From the NCBI GenBank assembly GCA_035084275.1, contig CM068762.1, positions 10,416,001 through 10,480,000 of the forward strand: 64,000 bases of DNA, written 5' to 3'. Within the stretch, counting starts at the first letter, position 1. Each line of letters begins with the position of its first letter. A program made the position numbers and the translations under genes. Below, in pieces: positions 48,559 through 63,089 of the stretch. The DNA is from Hydrolagus colliei. Its lineage: Eukaryota. Under the pieces are notes generated by a model that saw only the letters and a list, made by a program, of their open reading frames with translations, was not told the DNA's origin and did not search any database.

Positions 48559-51500
48559 GGGTGTTGTTGTTGTTTTTTTAAGCTCGCTCGCCTTCCAGAA
48601 TCGACTAAAATCGGTTCGGTTACCTGGCTTCTGAAACAGGACGAGGATTGTTACCTGGCTTTTTTTTCCTTAACCCATTCCCCGTTACCCCCCTCCCCCC
48701 CCCCCCCCCCCCCCCCCCCCACACCCACACCCACTTCTCCCCCTCCCCCCCCCACACACCCACCCTCGAATAGAATATTTACGCAATTTATGCATTGCTT
48801 TATGGTGGCATGAGCACACTTCCCACTCCCCTCCCCTCCCCACCCACCCACCCACCCCCCCTCCCCACTTTCCCCTTTGTCGTTTTTCTGTCGGTCGGGT
48901 GTTTTCGAGTCTCGAAGCTTCTTTGGTGGAAGGTTGGAAAGTCGCAGCTTTGCTTTGACGCTCGGGTTAGTTACACTGTGCCAACGTTTCTTACGGTGAT
49001 TGCTAATATTATTACGATCTATGGCGGTGGCGCCCGTTACTGATAAGGTCACGAAATTTCCGTGCATTACGCGCTCGCCTGCAAAATAATGTCACCACAG
49101 TTTACGGTGGCTCGCTAAAATAGCGCGTCGAGACGACCTCCCGACGTGAAAGGGGCTCTTATCAAATGCCAGGATTATCATTGTTAGTGATTATTTTTTT
49201 CTTGTCCGCGCGCGGGTTAGACGCATGAAAGTACATGAAAGCGAACTGTGAAAATACTCTTGCTGTTTGAAACGGGCTTGAAAAAAATTGTTGTTAAAAA
49301 TATATATATATATATGTATACTTTTTTTGGGGGGGGTTGGGGAGAGGAAGAATCGATGGTTGAACATTGATGTCATTCACAGACTGTCACAAAGATGATT
49401 AGTTAATCGAGTGGTGATTTGGCAAAACTAAGTGCATTAACATAAAAATAATATCTGCCGTATTCGCCAGGTTATTTGAAGAGAAAAAAACCTGCGTTTA
49501 TTTGTGAAGATTTAAAAAATTAGGGCACTGTACGTCTCCCAATGGTAACTGCGTCATTGTTTTTACTTACGCAACATTAAGTAGGGTTTATGCATTGGCA
49601 TCTTTCGTGCTATTGTGTTAACAGTCAGAGAGAGGTGCCACCCTTTATGTGAGATTGCTCGTTCGAGCTACAGCTCGCAAGTGAACGTCGGTTCTCTTGG
49701 CACTGATTTGACTGGAAAGAAAAAGCTGGGAGGGTGGGGGGCGGTGGGGGGGTGGGGGGGGGGATTCCTGAGCAAAAACAAAATCTGATTTTTGAAGTTT
49801 TTATTTCGAAATGAATTCGTTTCTCTTTTTGTTTGGCATGAAAAAAAATCTTCCGTTTGCTCCGCGGCCGTCCGCGGGACTCTGCTGCGCGCACCTTGCC
49901 CGCTGGTGTTTGCGTTCAAAATCCTCAGCCACTGCACTGCGTAAGGAACTCTCTCTGTGAAGCGCTTTGCGACCTGTCGCCGTTACGAAGCACAGAATCA
50001 AAACAGCTCAGATCAAATGCTGGTATTGTTACTGGTTGCAAAGCGTTCTTGTATCAGTTTTCATTTCTGCTGTGGGGGTGGGTGGGTGTGGGGGGGGGGG
50101 GGGGGTCGGAGAAACAAAACAGAAAAGAATATCCTTCAAAAGTGTGTGTGTGTGTCTGTTTTTTTTGTTAAAGTAGATTATGTAGCTTAAGAACCTGCAG
50201 CAACAGTCGATGCTAAATTTAACTCTTGATCCAGACTTCTGACCCTGATGGAGTGATGCGAGCTTTCCGTTACAAGAGCAAAGGAGAGAGGGAATTCCTT
50301 CAGCCTTCAGTTGAAAGCACGTCCTGATATCCGCACCCTCTTTGTGTCCGGGTATGCGTTTTCAGCGCCTTGGGACGTCCTCCCGACGTGGAAGGCGCTG
50401 TAAGAAATGTGAGCTGTTGTTGTTGTTGTATTGGGCGTAATGAATGCGCTATTATACCCGTACCAATCTGTGTTCGTTTCAGATCCAAATCGAATGCAAG
50501 GATGAGTATTAGTATTATTATTATTGTTCCAGTATCAATCTGCCCATCAATCTTGTGTGGGTTTGACTTGGGTACATTAAGGGTACTATTTCGAAGGTTG
50601 TTGTCATAATTAAATGCCTTAAGAAGATTAGAGCAAGTCAAGGGTAGTTGCTGGCTTGAATGAAGGAGAAATTCTGTTCTAAACTTATCTTATATCTATT
50701 CCTTAAAAAGAGAGAGAAAATAAACAATTTTTTTTTCTGCCTGCCTGTCAATCAGCAAGGTTAGAGTTAATAGGTCAATGAGCGTATCTGAACAGATTCT
50801 AACCTTTGGAAACTTGGCTCCGCTCACCGGTGTAACTATTATTCCATTAACTCCTGGCTTAGAACTCTTTACGTTCCATTAAACTTCTAAAGGTACGCAC
50901 TCAGAACTGATACGCCTAGCAACAGCTACTGACAAGGCAGCTGCATGGGATCAGCAGCAAAGTCTGATTCTAATTGAATGTAAAGAGGATATAAATTGAA
51001 ACCTAAACATAATTCCACCTAGAGCTAATTGCACAAGTTCGGGTCATTTTGTTTTACTTTTGACTTTCTAGTTTCTGTCTCTCCCCCACCCCCCCCTCCC
51101 CCCCCACCCACCCCCATCCCCCTTTCCCCCCCCCACCCCCCCCCACCCCCACTACCCCCCAAAAAATAATTAGGATATTTGCACTTCCAAGGCCTTTGCC
51201 AAGACCCCAGAGGCTAATAACATTGGTCGTTCACTTTGTTGGCTGGCTGTTTTAGAGGTTGTCTCTGTGTGCAAATCGGCCGCCGCAAAAGACACAGTCA
51301 CTCCGCTTGACAGTGTATCCCGTGGTGCACTTCCTCACAACATGAAATGCACTGTACCGAATATTATTATTATTATTATTAGAACCTATGCCTTTTTGAA
51401 GTATTTGATTTGAAACTAAACTTTCATTTTGGGTCAGTGCTCTTATCTTTCTGCCCAAGTCGTTTTCCTCTCTCTCTGTGTTTGGTTTGTCGTACCCAAT

Positions 51501-52694
51501 GGACGGAGGGAGAGAGAGAGAGAAGAAAGAGAGAGAGAGAGAGAAAGAGTCTGGTGATTTTTGTGATTGCTGTTGTTGGTGTTGTCGTTTATCGAGTATT
51601 ATCGAGTTCTGATAACTATTGAGAAAAAAAAATGTTTATATTCAGTACAATCCTTTTAAAGTGACTGGTTTGATTCAGACTTTAGGGGAGGAATAGGGGA
51701 GGACGTTTGCTGATGGGAAGGCGCAATATTCCATACGCTTCTGTAGGAACGTAGCTTGCTTGCCGGATGGCGTGTAGTGTTTTATTCCGATTTCAAAGTA
51801 ACAACGGCCTGTCCTGAGAATCAGTGCTGGCCGACTGACCCGCTGAGGGGTCACTGTGTGAAAGGAACCTGGTGGGGGGGGGGGGGGTCACAGTGTAAAT
51901 GCCTGAGTGTTTGGTATGGATTGATAGCGGTGTTTGCTTGCAATGTGTGGTTCTGCTTTAGAGGCATTTTAATACTGTGAGTCCCGTTGCATAGTGGTCG
52001 AGTGTGGTTTGCCTGGCTAGTGGGAGACTTTGCTTGCGTAGTCTGTTTACGTAGCAGCAAGTCAGAACTCGGTTGTTAGTTGATTGCTGAACCGTTTTCT
52101 GGGGGTTAATAATATTGGTGGGGTGGGGGGAGGGTGTGAGGGTTGGAAAATGCTCTTGGTGTTTGCTAGAGGAATTTTGCCGTTTAATAGTTGAAATATT
52201 AATCAGCCCTCTTGGTTTGACTCGCCTGCCAAAGGACTCAACAGCTTCAAAAATGCACGCGGAATATTTGGGGGTTGACGAAACTCGATGAGATACACAA
52301 ACACCCCCTTGAACAAACACCGTAACCACAGAACCGAGCGAGTGCCTTTTTATGTTGCCTCCCTCTGTGTGTTTGTTTGATTTTTTTTTTGTGTCCAATA
52401 GCAGGGGGCGAAGAGAGGGGGGAGGAGAGGAGGGTACAGTCAAACTTGTATTGTTGAAACTGCGAGGTGAGCCAAGGTATGAAAGGGCGATCGAATCTGG
52501 TGGGTAACTGCAGTGTGGACGGTCGGTGTTTGTGGACGTGCAATCGTTCGATCTCAAGCCAAAGGTTCATGCCGTTGGGCTGTGTTTCGTCTGTGTTTGA
52601 ATCCCATTCAACAACAACAACAAAATTGCACATATATAGTGTCTTTCACGTTGGGACGACGTCCCAAAGGTACGCCGGCGAGTGTTTATCAGCG

Positions 52695-52865
52695 AATCAT
52701 AGAAAATCATACGGCACAAAAGGAGGCCATTCGACCCATCGAGTCTGTGCCGGCTCTTTGAAAAGAGCAACTCAATCTCACTCCCCAGCTCTCTCCCCAT
52801 CACCGCGCAAACCCGTCCTCCTCCCCAAATAAACGTCTTCCTCCCTTTTAAAGAGTGCTCCGATT
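52695..52865 (-). mobile_element. CR1 3' tail (different subfamily)
   Basis: atcatagaa...ggaggccattcgacccatcgagtctgtgccggctc is the reverse complement of a CR1 3' stem-loop tail. Confidence 0.75.
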
Positions 52866-53191
52866 AAACTTTCGTTTAAATAATAATAATAATAACCATT
52901 TTTTTTTAAAAGTACGTGGTCACTCAATCCACCGCGGTTTGTGGGACTCTGGTCTGCGCAGCCGCGTTTCGCCCTCAAAATGCGCAGTCGATTCACTTAA
53001 CGATATGTTCTGTGTCGGCGGTCCGATGAGGCGCCACATCGAACGCCAAGGATTATTATTCTGATCGCAAAAGCGAAGGAGGACAAACTGTTTTAGTTTT
53101 GGGTTCACATTTCAGTGGGATGTGACCGGAATTCAGAGCAGAGATATTAAGAGATGGGCGAATCTGTCTGGTTGTCTATCTGTCTGTCTGT

Positions 53192-53226
<35 letters not shown>

Positions 53227-56200
53227 TGAGCGATCTGGAGAGAAACACTCACGGTATTGCTGCTTCTGCGGTAATGTCATTGGCTGTCAGGGGCTGATGT
53301 TAACTCATCTGTTTCTTTCCCTTAAAGCTCCACAAACACAATTTGTTTGTGGCTGTTGTTGTTCTTGTTGGAATCATCTGAAAGCTAACCCGTGGCACTT
53401 TGAAACGCTGCCTTTAAAAGGCTCCCTAAGCGCCTTGGGACGTCCTCCCGACGACGTGAAAGGCGCTACGCAAATGTGATTCGTTGTTGTTGTTGTTTAT
53501 TGCCGGGGTGGGGGGGGGGCGGTGTGGGGGGGGGAATAGAGCATCACTAGTGAGAGAGTTTTGAGGGCTGCGAATGACGTTCTGATGAGCGGTTTTTAAA
53601 GAGACAAGTCAGCTACTTCAAGCTGAAAATTAATTATTTCCGACTTGTGTTTGTTCGTATGTCTGCCACTGCCCTCCTCGCAGAGAGCTGTTTAAACGCA
53701 TATTGCTGTTGCGTTGGCACGAGCCGAAATAGTATAAGTAGATGAGCCTCCTTTGGGCTTGTTGCAGTCACAGAGCGGTTACAACAATAAATAGTATTTG
53801 TACAAGCGCCTTTCAAGCCAAGAAGACCTCCCCCAGGTGGTGAACTGTCTCCGGTAAACATTGTATACCCGTTCTACCGTAACACAGACTTGCATTGATA
53901 TAGGAAATATATAACTATCACACGGTGGGGAGGGTGGGGTGGGGGAGTGTATTCCATATTGATAATCCTTATGTTTCATTGGGAGGACACGATAAAGCGT
54001 AGTGACTGTGCGTTTGGTAGCCTGAGGCATTCTGGAGGGGGTTGGAGGGAGATTTTTTGGTGCAGCACTCATTTTGTGTTGCGTTGGCAGTGTTTTTGGG
54101 TTTGGCTGTTGGCAGCTAAATCTCCCTCCCTCCCTCCCTCCCTCCCTCCCTCCCTCCCACCCCACTCACTCCCTCCCTCCCTCCCAAGAATGCTTAATGG
54201 ATATCCTGCCCAAAAAGTACATGTAGTGGCAGATATTTATTCCAATGTTGCGTTTCCCCCTCCTCCCCCGCCCCACCCCCCCCCTCCCCCAGCACTCTGC
54301 TCCGAGCTCAGAGATAGATGGATTCATAATGATCTTGACGATTTTCATTCCTGGCATTGGGAAGGAATTATTAATAACAATAATAATCCTTGAATTTGAT
54401 ATGGAGTCGGCTTTGTGGTTGAGACGTCACAAAGCGCTTCACTGAATATACCGTCCACGTCCAGCAAATTGACTGTGTTACGTGGGCAAAAGTATAGCAA
54501 CCAATTGGATTTGGATCGGTCTTTACACCTCCCTCAACCAATAATATCTGTGTTGTGTGTGTGTGTATGTGTGTGTCTCTCTATCTATCTATATATATAT
54601 ATATAATGTACCAATAAATAATGTTATTGAAGTGCTCCGAGACGCTGCCTCCCCTGAAAGACGTTGAAAATAAATGTAAATGCTGTTGTTTGGCTGTGAG
54701 GTCAGCGCAGAGGAAGTTCCCTCAGAGGCAAATCTCCTGTGATGCCGGGATGTAATTCTAGAGAGCTGACCCCAAAAAAAACACTGGCAGAACTGAATCA
54801 GATCAGCAAACGAGATTAGGAATGTTGATTCAGCGGCATAGAAATGGCACTTTGTGTGAGATTACCGAGGGCAAGATTCCTGCCCGAAAAAAGTTGCGCA
54901 AAGCGTTGTGCAAATTGTCTCCTCCGAACGACTTGCGTGATTGTGACACTTGCGTACTCGTTCACCTGTGAAACGTACAACCTTCTCACAATAAAATCAC
55001 AATAATAAAAATTGGCCATTTCAATCCACGACTGTTGCGCAATTGGCTGCCGCGTTTCGCCCACAAATATACAGTCGATTCACTTTACAGTATATTCTGT
55101 GAAGCGGTTTGAGACACCGTCTAGAAGATGTGAAAAGCGCCATATCAAATGCAAGGATGATTATGATTATTATTATTTAATGGTACATTGGTACATTATG
55201 GAACGGTTTCATTGGTACATTATTTAACAACGGTGCCTGCGGCGACGCAAGTCCAGAGGACAGCAATGCGTTGGACCTTCCAAAGTCCCGACGCAGTCTT
55301 GTGACTCAGAGGCTGGTGGGCTATCGACCCGAGCCAGGCTTGCCTTTTTCTTGCCACTTGCGGCGGGTTTGCAATCAATCTTGCCATTGATGCCACGCGG
55401 GTGAAGCAGGCTGCGGACCAGCCCGTGCGCAAATGGGAACCATCTGCAAGAGAAGGCGAGTGGGTCAAATGGCCTCCCATTGCACTGCGGCAGGGGGGGG
55501 GGGGAGGTGGGTGAGAGACGGTGGGGAAAGTTCCTTCCTCGCAATCATTCCTGCCTCCCCATGTTCGCTTTTTAACAACAAACAAGTAGAAAAGGCATAA
55601 TAATAATAATAATAATCCTTGCATTTGATATAGCGCTTTTCACGTTTTTCTTCTGGACGTTTCACGGAATATACCGTGAAGTGAATCGCCTGCGTACTTG
55701 CGGGCATAAAACGCAACGGACAATCGCGCACAGCAGCGTCCCCGCGGACAGCCGTGGATTGAAAACGACCCATTTTATTGTTGTGTTTCGTTCGGACGGG
55801 TTATTATTAGCTGCGTGTGCGTGCGTGCGTGCGTACGTGCCCGTGTGCGGAGTAAGGAAACTCGCCCACGGTTTCGCCTCGACCAGGACCTGCCCGGATT
55901 CGAAACACACAGGTCTGGCGCTTGCGCGGCGAGCGCTCTAACAGCTCTCTAGGCCGACGGCTGCGGGGGCTGAACACAACTCGCTGACATGACTCACGTC
56001 GGAGCAATTTCTTTTTTGTTGGCTGCTCCCACGAGTAATGTTGGGTGGGTAGGTAGTCCATCCGGCTACAAAACAAGAGAAAGGAACAGAATGTTACATC
56101 CTGCTGTCACCTTTGATTGCCTTTTCGATGCCCTGGGCTAGACTGGAGAGTTTCAGGAGAAATATGTTTTTTTTGAAGTTGTTTCCCCCGCAAACCCCTC

Positions 56201-56409
56201 AGGTGTGTGTTTTTTTTTGCACCTTTCGTTCCTCCTTTTCCCTCCCAACGCCTCCACACCAACTAACCCTCACCCCACAACCCCGCTCCGCCCCCCCTTC
56301 CTCGCCCCCCCCCCCCCCCCCCCCCCATTCTTTGGACGTGGGAGTCTAATCTTGACTCGCTTGCAGAATAATATGAACATTTTGTTTTGTGCATCGTTTT
56401 TTTTCCCCA

Positions 56410-56740
56410 TGTGCAGGTGTGTGCGTTGCGTGTGTGTGTGTGCGTGTGTGTGTGTGTGTGCTCGTGCGCTCGCACAGGAGTGCAGGTAGGTGGATGGGTG
56501 TGTGTGTGAGTGAGAGAATGTGAGTCCGAATGTGTGTGAGTCTTGAGTGTGTTTGAGTTTTGAGTGTGTCTGAGTCTGAGTATGTGTAGGTGTGCGTCTG
56601 TGCGTGTGTGTGTGTATGTGTGTATGAGTCTGAGAGTGTGTATGTCTGTGAGTGTGTGTGTTTGTGTGTGTGTTTGCTTGTAGGTGTGAGGTTGTGTGTG
56701 TTTGTGTGCGCGTGCGTGTGCGTACGTGTGTGTGCATGCA
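56410..56740 (+). repeat. long compound (GT)n/(GAGT)n microsatellite
   Basis: Directly visible; source of the His-Thr ORFs. Shorter simple repeats at 31538-31565, 39912-39941, 48524-48555, 53192-53226 and 54122-54185. Confidence 0.9.
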
Positions 56741-57904
56741 CAAATATTTCTGCTCTCGTATCCAAAGGCCTACGGCTGAGTTTGCTCCTTTCTTTTGAGT
56801 TGTCCAGGGCATCTGCAGCCAAATCCACAGCCAGCAACGTGGCACCGAGTCAGTTCTGGGAGGTGAGCTACACGGGGTAAGTGTAAGCCAGGATCTGCCT
56901 CCCCAGATGATGGTACGTCAGGGCAGGAGAGATCACCGAAAGCCCAGTCCGTCTCGCCTGCTCCGCTACACCCCCCCCCCAGTTGTCAAGCGCTCTCGGG
57001 CGCTCCCCTGCGTTGTGCGACTGCGTCTGTTGCCTTTAGGAATCATCTGAAGCCCCTTACGAGACAACAACAACAACAACAAATAATAATAATAATAATC
57101 CCTGCATTTGATATCGCGCTTGTCACATCTTATCGACGTCTCAGCGCGCCTCGCAGAATGTAAAGTGAACTGACCGTATATTTTGTGGGGCCAGACGCGG
57201 CAACCGAGCGCGCACAGCAGCGTCCCCCACAAACAGCCGTGGATCGAAGTGAGCAAATTATTCTTTTTATTTCTTTATGCCTTCGACAATTGTGTCGTTC
57301 TAACCGCCGCGGCTTGACGGTGTTGCCCAGCCTGTGAGAAGGGGTGTGGGGGTGGGGGGGGGGGGGGAGGGGAGGGGGGGGGTTTGTCGGAAGCCAGGAA
57401 AGCCACGTAGAAAAGGCTCCTCGTTCGGCTACCGCCATGCTTCATGTTACAGCGTTTCCACTGCGGGGAAGGTATTTGTGTGGACGCAGTGGTCACCTGC
57501 TGATGGTGTCGTCCAGATTAAACATGCCAGCCACTCCTTAGCCTTGGCAGCATGTCAAACTATTTGATGGTTTGATTTTTTTGAATTATACAGATACGCA
57601 TATGAAAGAAATCTCTTACCCCGAGGTCAGTATGATGATAAGTGTTTTGTGTGCAGGTGAGTGGGTGGATGGGTGGGTGGGTGGGTGTGTTCTGGATCAC
57701 ACACACATAGATCAAAAATGGCCTGAGATAAATCGGGGGGGGGAAAGGAACAGAGAATACGCCCACGCCCAGCTTCACTAACTCACGTCGTTTGTTCTTG
57801 AGTATGTGACTGAGATCCTATCGTTTTGCCGTGGGCCCTGCTTTGCGGCAATCCGTTTTTTTCCAGATTTGATTCTCGAAGTGTTCCAGATCAGATGCAT
57901 GCGA

Positions 57905-58282
57905 GTAGAGCACTCGCCTTCGCGAGCCAGAGGACTCGGGTTCAATTCCCCGGCAGGGCGAAAGGTTGGGCAAGATTCCTTTACTCCAACATGCCTCTGT
58001 TTAACCAGCAGGAACCCCGTCTGTTAATCGATTGGCCGATCGCTTTTCCTGGGGGGGGGTAAAAATCCCTTTTCCTCACCCTCCATCCCCCAATTTTTTT
58101 AAATGATTCATTCAATCCACGACTGTTTGTGGGGACACTGCTGTGCGCAATTAATTGGCTGCCGCGTTTCTCCCACTAAATACAGTGAATCCACTTTACA
58201 GTTTGTTCTGTGAATCGCTTTGAGTCTTCTCGGCAGCTCGATAAGGAGCTGTATCATATGTAAGGATTATTACTATTATTAT
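57905..58282 (+). mobile_element. tRNA-derived SINE, long form
   Basis: Collinear with 27727-28116. A head-only long-form copy lies at ~59170-59370. Confidence 0.88.
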
Positions 58283-60809
58283 AGGTTAACCAAATTTTAA
58301 TGGCATGATTTTGTTTTGGCCGGTGGGGGAGAGAGGACGGTTGAACTCTGGAAAAATACTTGACCAATTTTTTTTGATTCAAAACAATTTTTATCGCGAA
58401 CAGGTCTCCTTTTGTATTAAAGCCTTGAATCTCGAGGGAAGGAGGGAGGGAGACATGTATGTAGACAACTTGCGGGGGTGGTAGGGTGGGGTGGGGAGGG
58501 GAGAGAGAGAGAGAGAGAGAAAGCGCCCAAATCCTTTTTAGTAAAGCAAACCGTAACACAGACTAGGAGGAGGAAGCAGACAGACAGAGAGAGAGAGAGA
58601 GAATATGAAAGAAAAAAAAGAAAATTGTGCTTAATCTCTCTTGGCAGAGCCCTCTCACTGGTTGTATAATCTTGCAAAACAAACAGGAGATGCTGTTAAG
58701 TGAAAACTTTTTTTTGAAAACAAGCGAGGCTCCTTCACCTGCCAAGAAACGAGGAATTGTGGGGTTTCGAAAAAAAAAAACTGTTTGTGAGAGCGATGCC
58801 AACCTTGCCAGCTCCTTCCGCACACAGTTGCTCAACTGACTTACCTGTTACCGCCCTAGATTTAACTCTGGCTGTGAATAGGATCTGGCTGGCTGGTGAG
58901 AAAGAGACGGACGCAGAGAGCAAGCAATGTTTCTCAATGCCGATGAGGATCTCGCTGCAGTAAGGAATACTTTTCTCCTTCCTATAAGATCCCGTGTTTC
59001 TCACTGGATCCAGATTTGCTTGTGTGGGTGGCAGCGGCCGAAATTTTTAAATCGGGACGATTGAGTCACTTTTTTTTTCTTTAAGGCGCACACTTTTCTC
59101 TCTTTACCCCCGCCCCCTCCTCCTCCACCACCTCTCCCCCACCACCCCACCTGCCCCTTCGAAGTTTAAGAGTCCCATAGCTCAGGGGTTAGCGCGCTTG
59201 TCTTGCAAGCAAGGGGCCCTGGGTTCGATTCCCAGGCAGTACGAGTTTCCTTACTCGGCACACCTCTGTTTACCCAGCAGTAAGTAGCAATCCGGACGTC
59301 AGTCCGTCGGTGGATCCCTTTTCCGGGGGGTGGGGGGGGGGGGGCGGGGAGGTAATAATCGTTTCAAAACCCAAATCAATTAAAAATACAGTAATAAGAA
59401 TAAGAATTTGACAACTCCGATGAGTTCTGTTCACGGAGCTAAGCCGCTGCCTGTTTTGTTCGTTTGCTTCCTTTAATCATGGTACATAAACCTTCTGTTC
59501 TTTCCGTTTGTTTTTGGTGTGGCTGCGTGCGCTGCAGGGAGGAGTAGAGAGGCAGTAATAATAACGAACCTTGCATTTGATATTGTGTCTTCGAGACGTC
59601 TCCAAGCGCTTTCACGGCAGGTACCGTAGAGTGAATGGAATATATATATTTTGTATACATATTCGCCCGGTTTGTGAGGCGCGCACTCCAACCAATACAC
59701 TACAAGACTCCACAATAATAATAATAATCGTTGCATTTGATATAGCGCGGATTGTACAATCAGCTCATTTTGGTGGGATGGGTGGGGGGTGGGTTTGGTG
59801 CGCAGAGTATCACAGAGTATTATTGGCAAAGGCAAACTCACAAGTAAAGAGCAGACAGGTACTCTCTCCTATCACGTTGAATGCGAGGCCTTATCCCTTG
59901 TTCCTTTTACTTTCTCTCCTGTCAGCAGCAAATCCACATCTCTTGCCACCCCTCCCACATTCAATTGCCAATTGAATGGCAATTCAAAGAGCTTCCTGTA
60001 GCCCACTGTACCTTTGGTTCACGTTACTTATTTACCATTAAACTCTGAATTGAGTGAGACCTGTGTTCGAATCCAGGCAGATCAGGGCGAAACCTTGGGC
60101 AAGTTTCCTTACTACACACACACACCTAATAAATAATCCATTTTAAAAAACCCACAATAATAAAATTGGTCATTTCAATCCACGACTGTTTGTGGGGGGG
60201 ACGCTGCCGCGCGCAATCGGCTGCCGCGTTTCGCCCACAATCATATAGTCAGTTCACTTTACAGTATATTCTGTGAAGCGCTTTGAGACGTCGATAAGAT
60301 GTGAAAAGCGCTATATCAAATGCAAGGATTATTAATATTATTATTATTATAGGTCGCCTTTGGACAAGCTCCTGGCTGATCGATTGCAAGGCAGTGATTC
60401 GAGGCATCACTTCAACGAGTCGATCTGTCTTGAGAGCTCAGCTCTTGTCTGTCGCTCTTCTGGTTTAGCGGCCGTCGTAAGCTAAATCGAGGCGTTTAAA
60501 ACGCACGAGTTTTAATGCTTGGGATTGCTGGAATAAACGTGGATTAAAACAAATGAGGGACATTGGATTCCACGTGGGAAACGATGGGAGAATTCTTCCT
60601 CATTCTACGGAAGAAATTTAATCTCCCAAGCGTAAAACTCCCCCCTAGATAGACTGAACCTTGTTTTCAACACAATCTTTAGTATTTATTGTTCCCATTC
60701 CCTGTTGTGACCCTCTTTTTTTTTTCCTATGACACAAACCCAAGGTCATGGCTCAGAAACATTCCTCCTGTACATTCTCGTACGCAGCGAACATCCAGGA
60801 CGCCTTTGT

Positions 60810-61140
60810 GTGAAGCCCTGTAGCTCAGTGGTTAGAGCACTCGCCTCGCAAGCGAGAGACCTGGGTTCGATTCACGAGAAACCTCGGGCAAGTTTCCTTA
60901 CTCCGCACCCGCATGCCTGATAATAATCCCTCAAGATAAACGAAGCAATAATAAATTGGTCACCTCAATCCACGACTGTTTGTGGGGGACACTGGATGTG
61001 CGCAATTGGCTGCCGCGTTTCGCCCTCAAATGTACAGTCATTTCACCTTGCAGTATATTCTGCGGAGCACTTTGAGACGTCTAGAAGACGTGATAAGGCG
61101 CTGTATCAGATGCATTGATTATGATTATTATTTATTATTT
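60810..61140 (+). mobile_element. tRNA-derived SINE, short (internally deleted) form
   Basis: Intact A/B boxes, gggcaagtttccttactcc, then directly gcct-gataataatccc and the (ATT)n tail. Another copy at 60050-60350. Confidence 0.92.
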
Positions 61141-62668
61141 ACTTCTTAGGCTACGAGTTCCTTAAAAGGGAACAGTGTTCCAATGATCCTGTACCGCCTC
61201 CCTCCCCAGCCATCCCCTTGATACAGCGCCTTGTCACGTCCCCGAGACGTCTCGCAACGCGTCACAGCGAATCTGGCTGCGTATTCTGTGGCCGAAACGC
61301 GGCAGCCAACGGGGCACTGTAGCGTCCTGCAAACAGCCGTGGATTGAAAAAACCTCAACTGAGCGATTCTATCTGGATCTTTCTGCATTCGTTCGCTTGT
61401 TTGTTTGTTCGTTAGTTGGTTACCTTGGGGGCCTGGGAAGCGAGGCAAACGTGTTTCACGTTAACGTAGCGTCACTCTTCATCTTTTATACCTGCGGCCT
61501 ATACTAGCGTCCGAGCATTAATTAACGTGTGCGCCACTCAGCGAGATGCGGTTACAATGCCACCAGCAACCAGATCCTCGATGCCAAGTCGCAATTGTAT
61601 ACGGCTGAGGAAAGCGATTAAATATTGAAAGCAATCGTATCCAGAATACACCACAAATCGTTCTCCAGTGAGCGTGTGAGTGAGTGTGTGACAGAAACAG
61701 AAGTGCGATCTCGATTTTATTCACCAGGCGAGTACCTCCGTTAGACGTTTGAGGGAATCGCTTTTCCGGGAGGGGGTTAATAATCCCGTCAAACTACTAC
61801 TAATAATAATAAATCGGTCACTCACGGATGTTTGTGGGAGGCCGTTGTGCACAATTGTCTGCCCCAGTGTTTTGCCCCAAAAAATATACGGTCACTTTGC
61901 TTTACAGTACATTCTGCGAAGCGCTTCGAAGACATCTCGAAGACGTGGTAAGGCCCAGTATCAAAGTACAAGGATTATTACTGTCGTTGGGATGATCGGA
62001 GACTTGAGTGAGTTCAGTGTAAATGCCCTTTACAAAATGGCTTCCCGTGTGTTGTTAGCCTCTACGCTGCTTGACAATAATACCAGTCAGGGAAGCCAAG
62101 GACTAGTTTGGATGAATTTTGATGGTAGTTTCTGCACCAATCTGAAAATAATATGAATTCATATTAATAATAATTTTGGGTTTGATCTTGCGCCTTATCA
62201 CAAGCTAACTATTTTCCAAATTATATCTCCAGGTGTGGAGATGGCCTCTGACACATCATCTTGGAAGAACTTCATTGTTGCTGCCCTCATGGACGTTTTA
62301 TTTGGCGACTGATTTTTTTTTATTTGCACTCGCCGTCCCCCCCACCCTCCCCCCCTTTCTCTTCCTCTCTCTCCCCCTCTCTCTCTTTCTCTCCCCTCCT
62401 CTCTCCCTCTCATTGGCAGCTCTACAGCCACGCAGGCAGGGGAGGCAACAAATACAGTAACATCACGTCAGCTGGGTGTGTGTGTGTTTGTGTGTGTACC
62501 TAACGTCAAGGGAAACATTACCACTGGTATTAACAAGAGCCCTAGCTCCTGCCTCCTCACCAGCTGTGAATCGTCTCTGCTTTGATTGATGAACAACCAC
62601 CAGCTCAGGCGTGAGGTGGGACCTCGTCACCTCCTACGTCGGGTACCAGGAAAGGAACTTTTACTCAG

Positions 62669-62755
62669 TCTTTTCCTGGAAGCTGGTTTCATATGGTGTC
62701 TTAGATTGTAACACTGCTGCCTCTAGCACCATTTGAAATCAGTGTTCTTGGAAGA
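62669..62755 (+). ncRNA. mir29b: pre-miR-29b hairpin
   Basis: 3p arm TAGCACCATTTGAAATCAGTGTT (62724-62746) equals mature miR-29b; 5p arm GCTGGTTTCATATGGTGTCTTAGA (62682-62705) pairs with it; apical UGU and a CNNC (CAGC) 17 nt after the 3p end. Confidence 0.97.
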
Positions 62756-63089
62756 AGAAAAGCAGCTGACAGATTGGGTGGTGGGTGGGGGGGGTTAAAC
62801 AGTCACCTGGTTGTGTCCAAAATCCATGTTGAGGTGATGTGGCGTTTTGCGTGCGTTGGCTGCGGTTGTAAGCCATTCATTAAGCCGTCGTTTTTGACAG
62901 TAAAAGTCAACGGTGCTGTGGACCTGGGGTTCAGGCTGAAACCAATCTGGTTTGTTTCAATAGATTTTGGATCGGATTGTGTGTGTGTGTGTTAAAATCC
63001 ATACCACAGGCCTGGTTGGCTGTGAGTGTATCTGTGTGTGTGTGTGTGTGTGTTGGATGGGCCACCTTTGACTTTCAGAGCAGCACCAA

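Noticed and set aside
56270-56880. 191/163-aa His-Thr-rich ORFs
   Set aside because: Translations of a (GT)n microsatellite.
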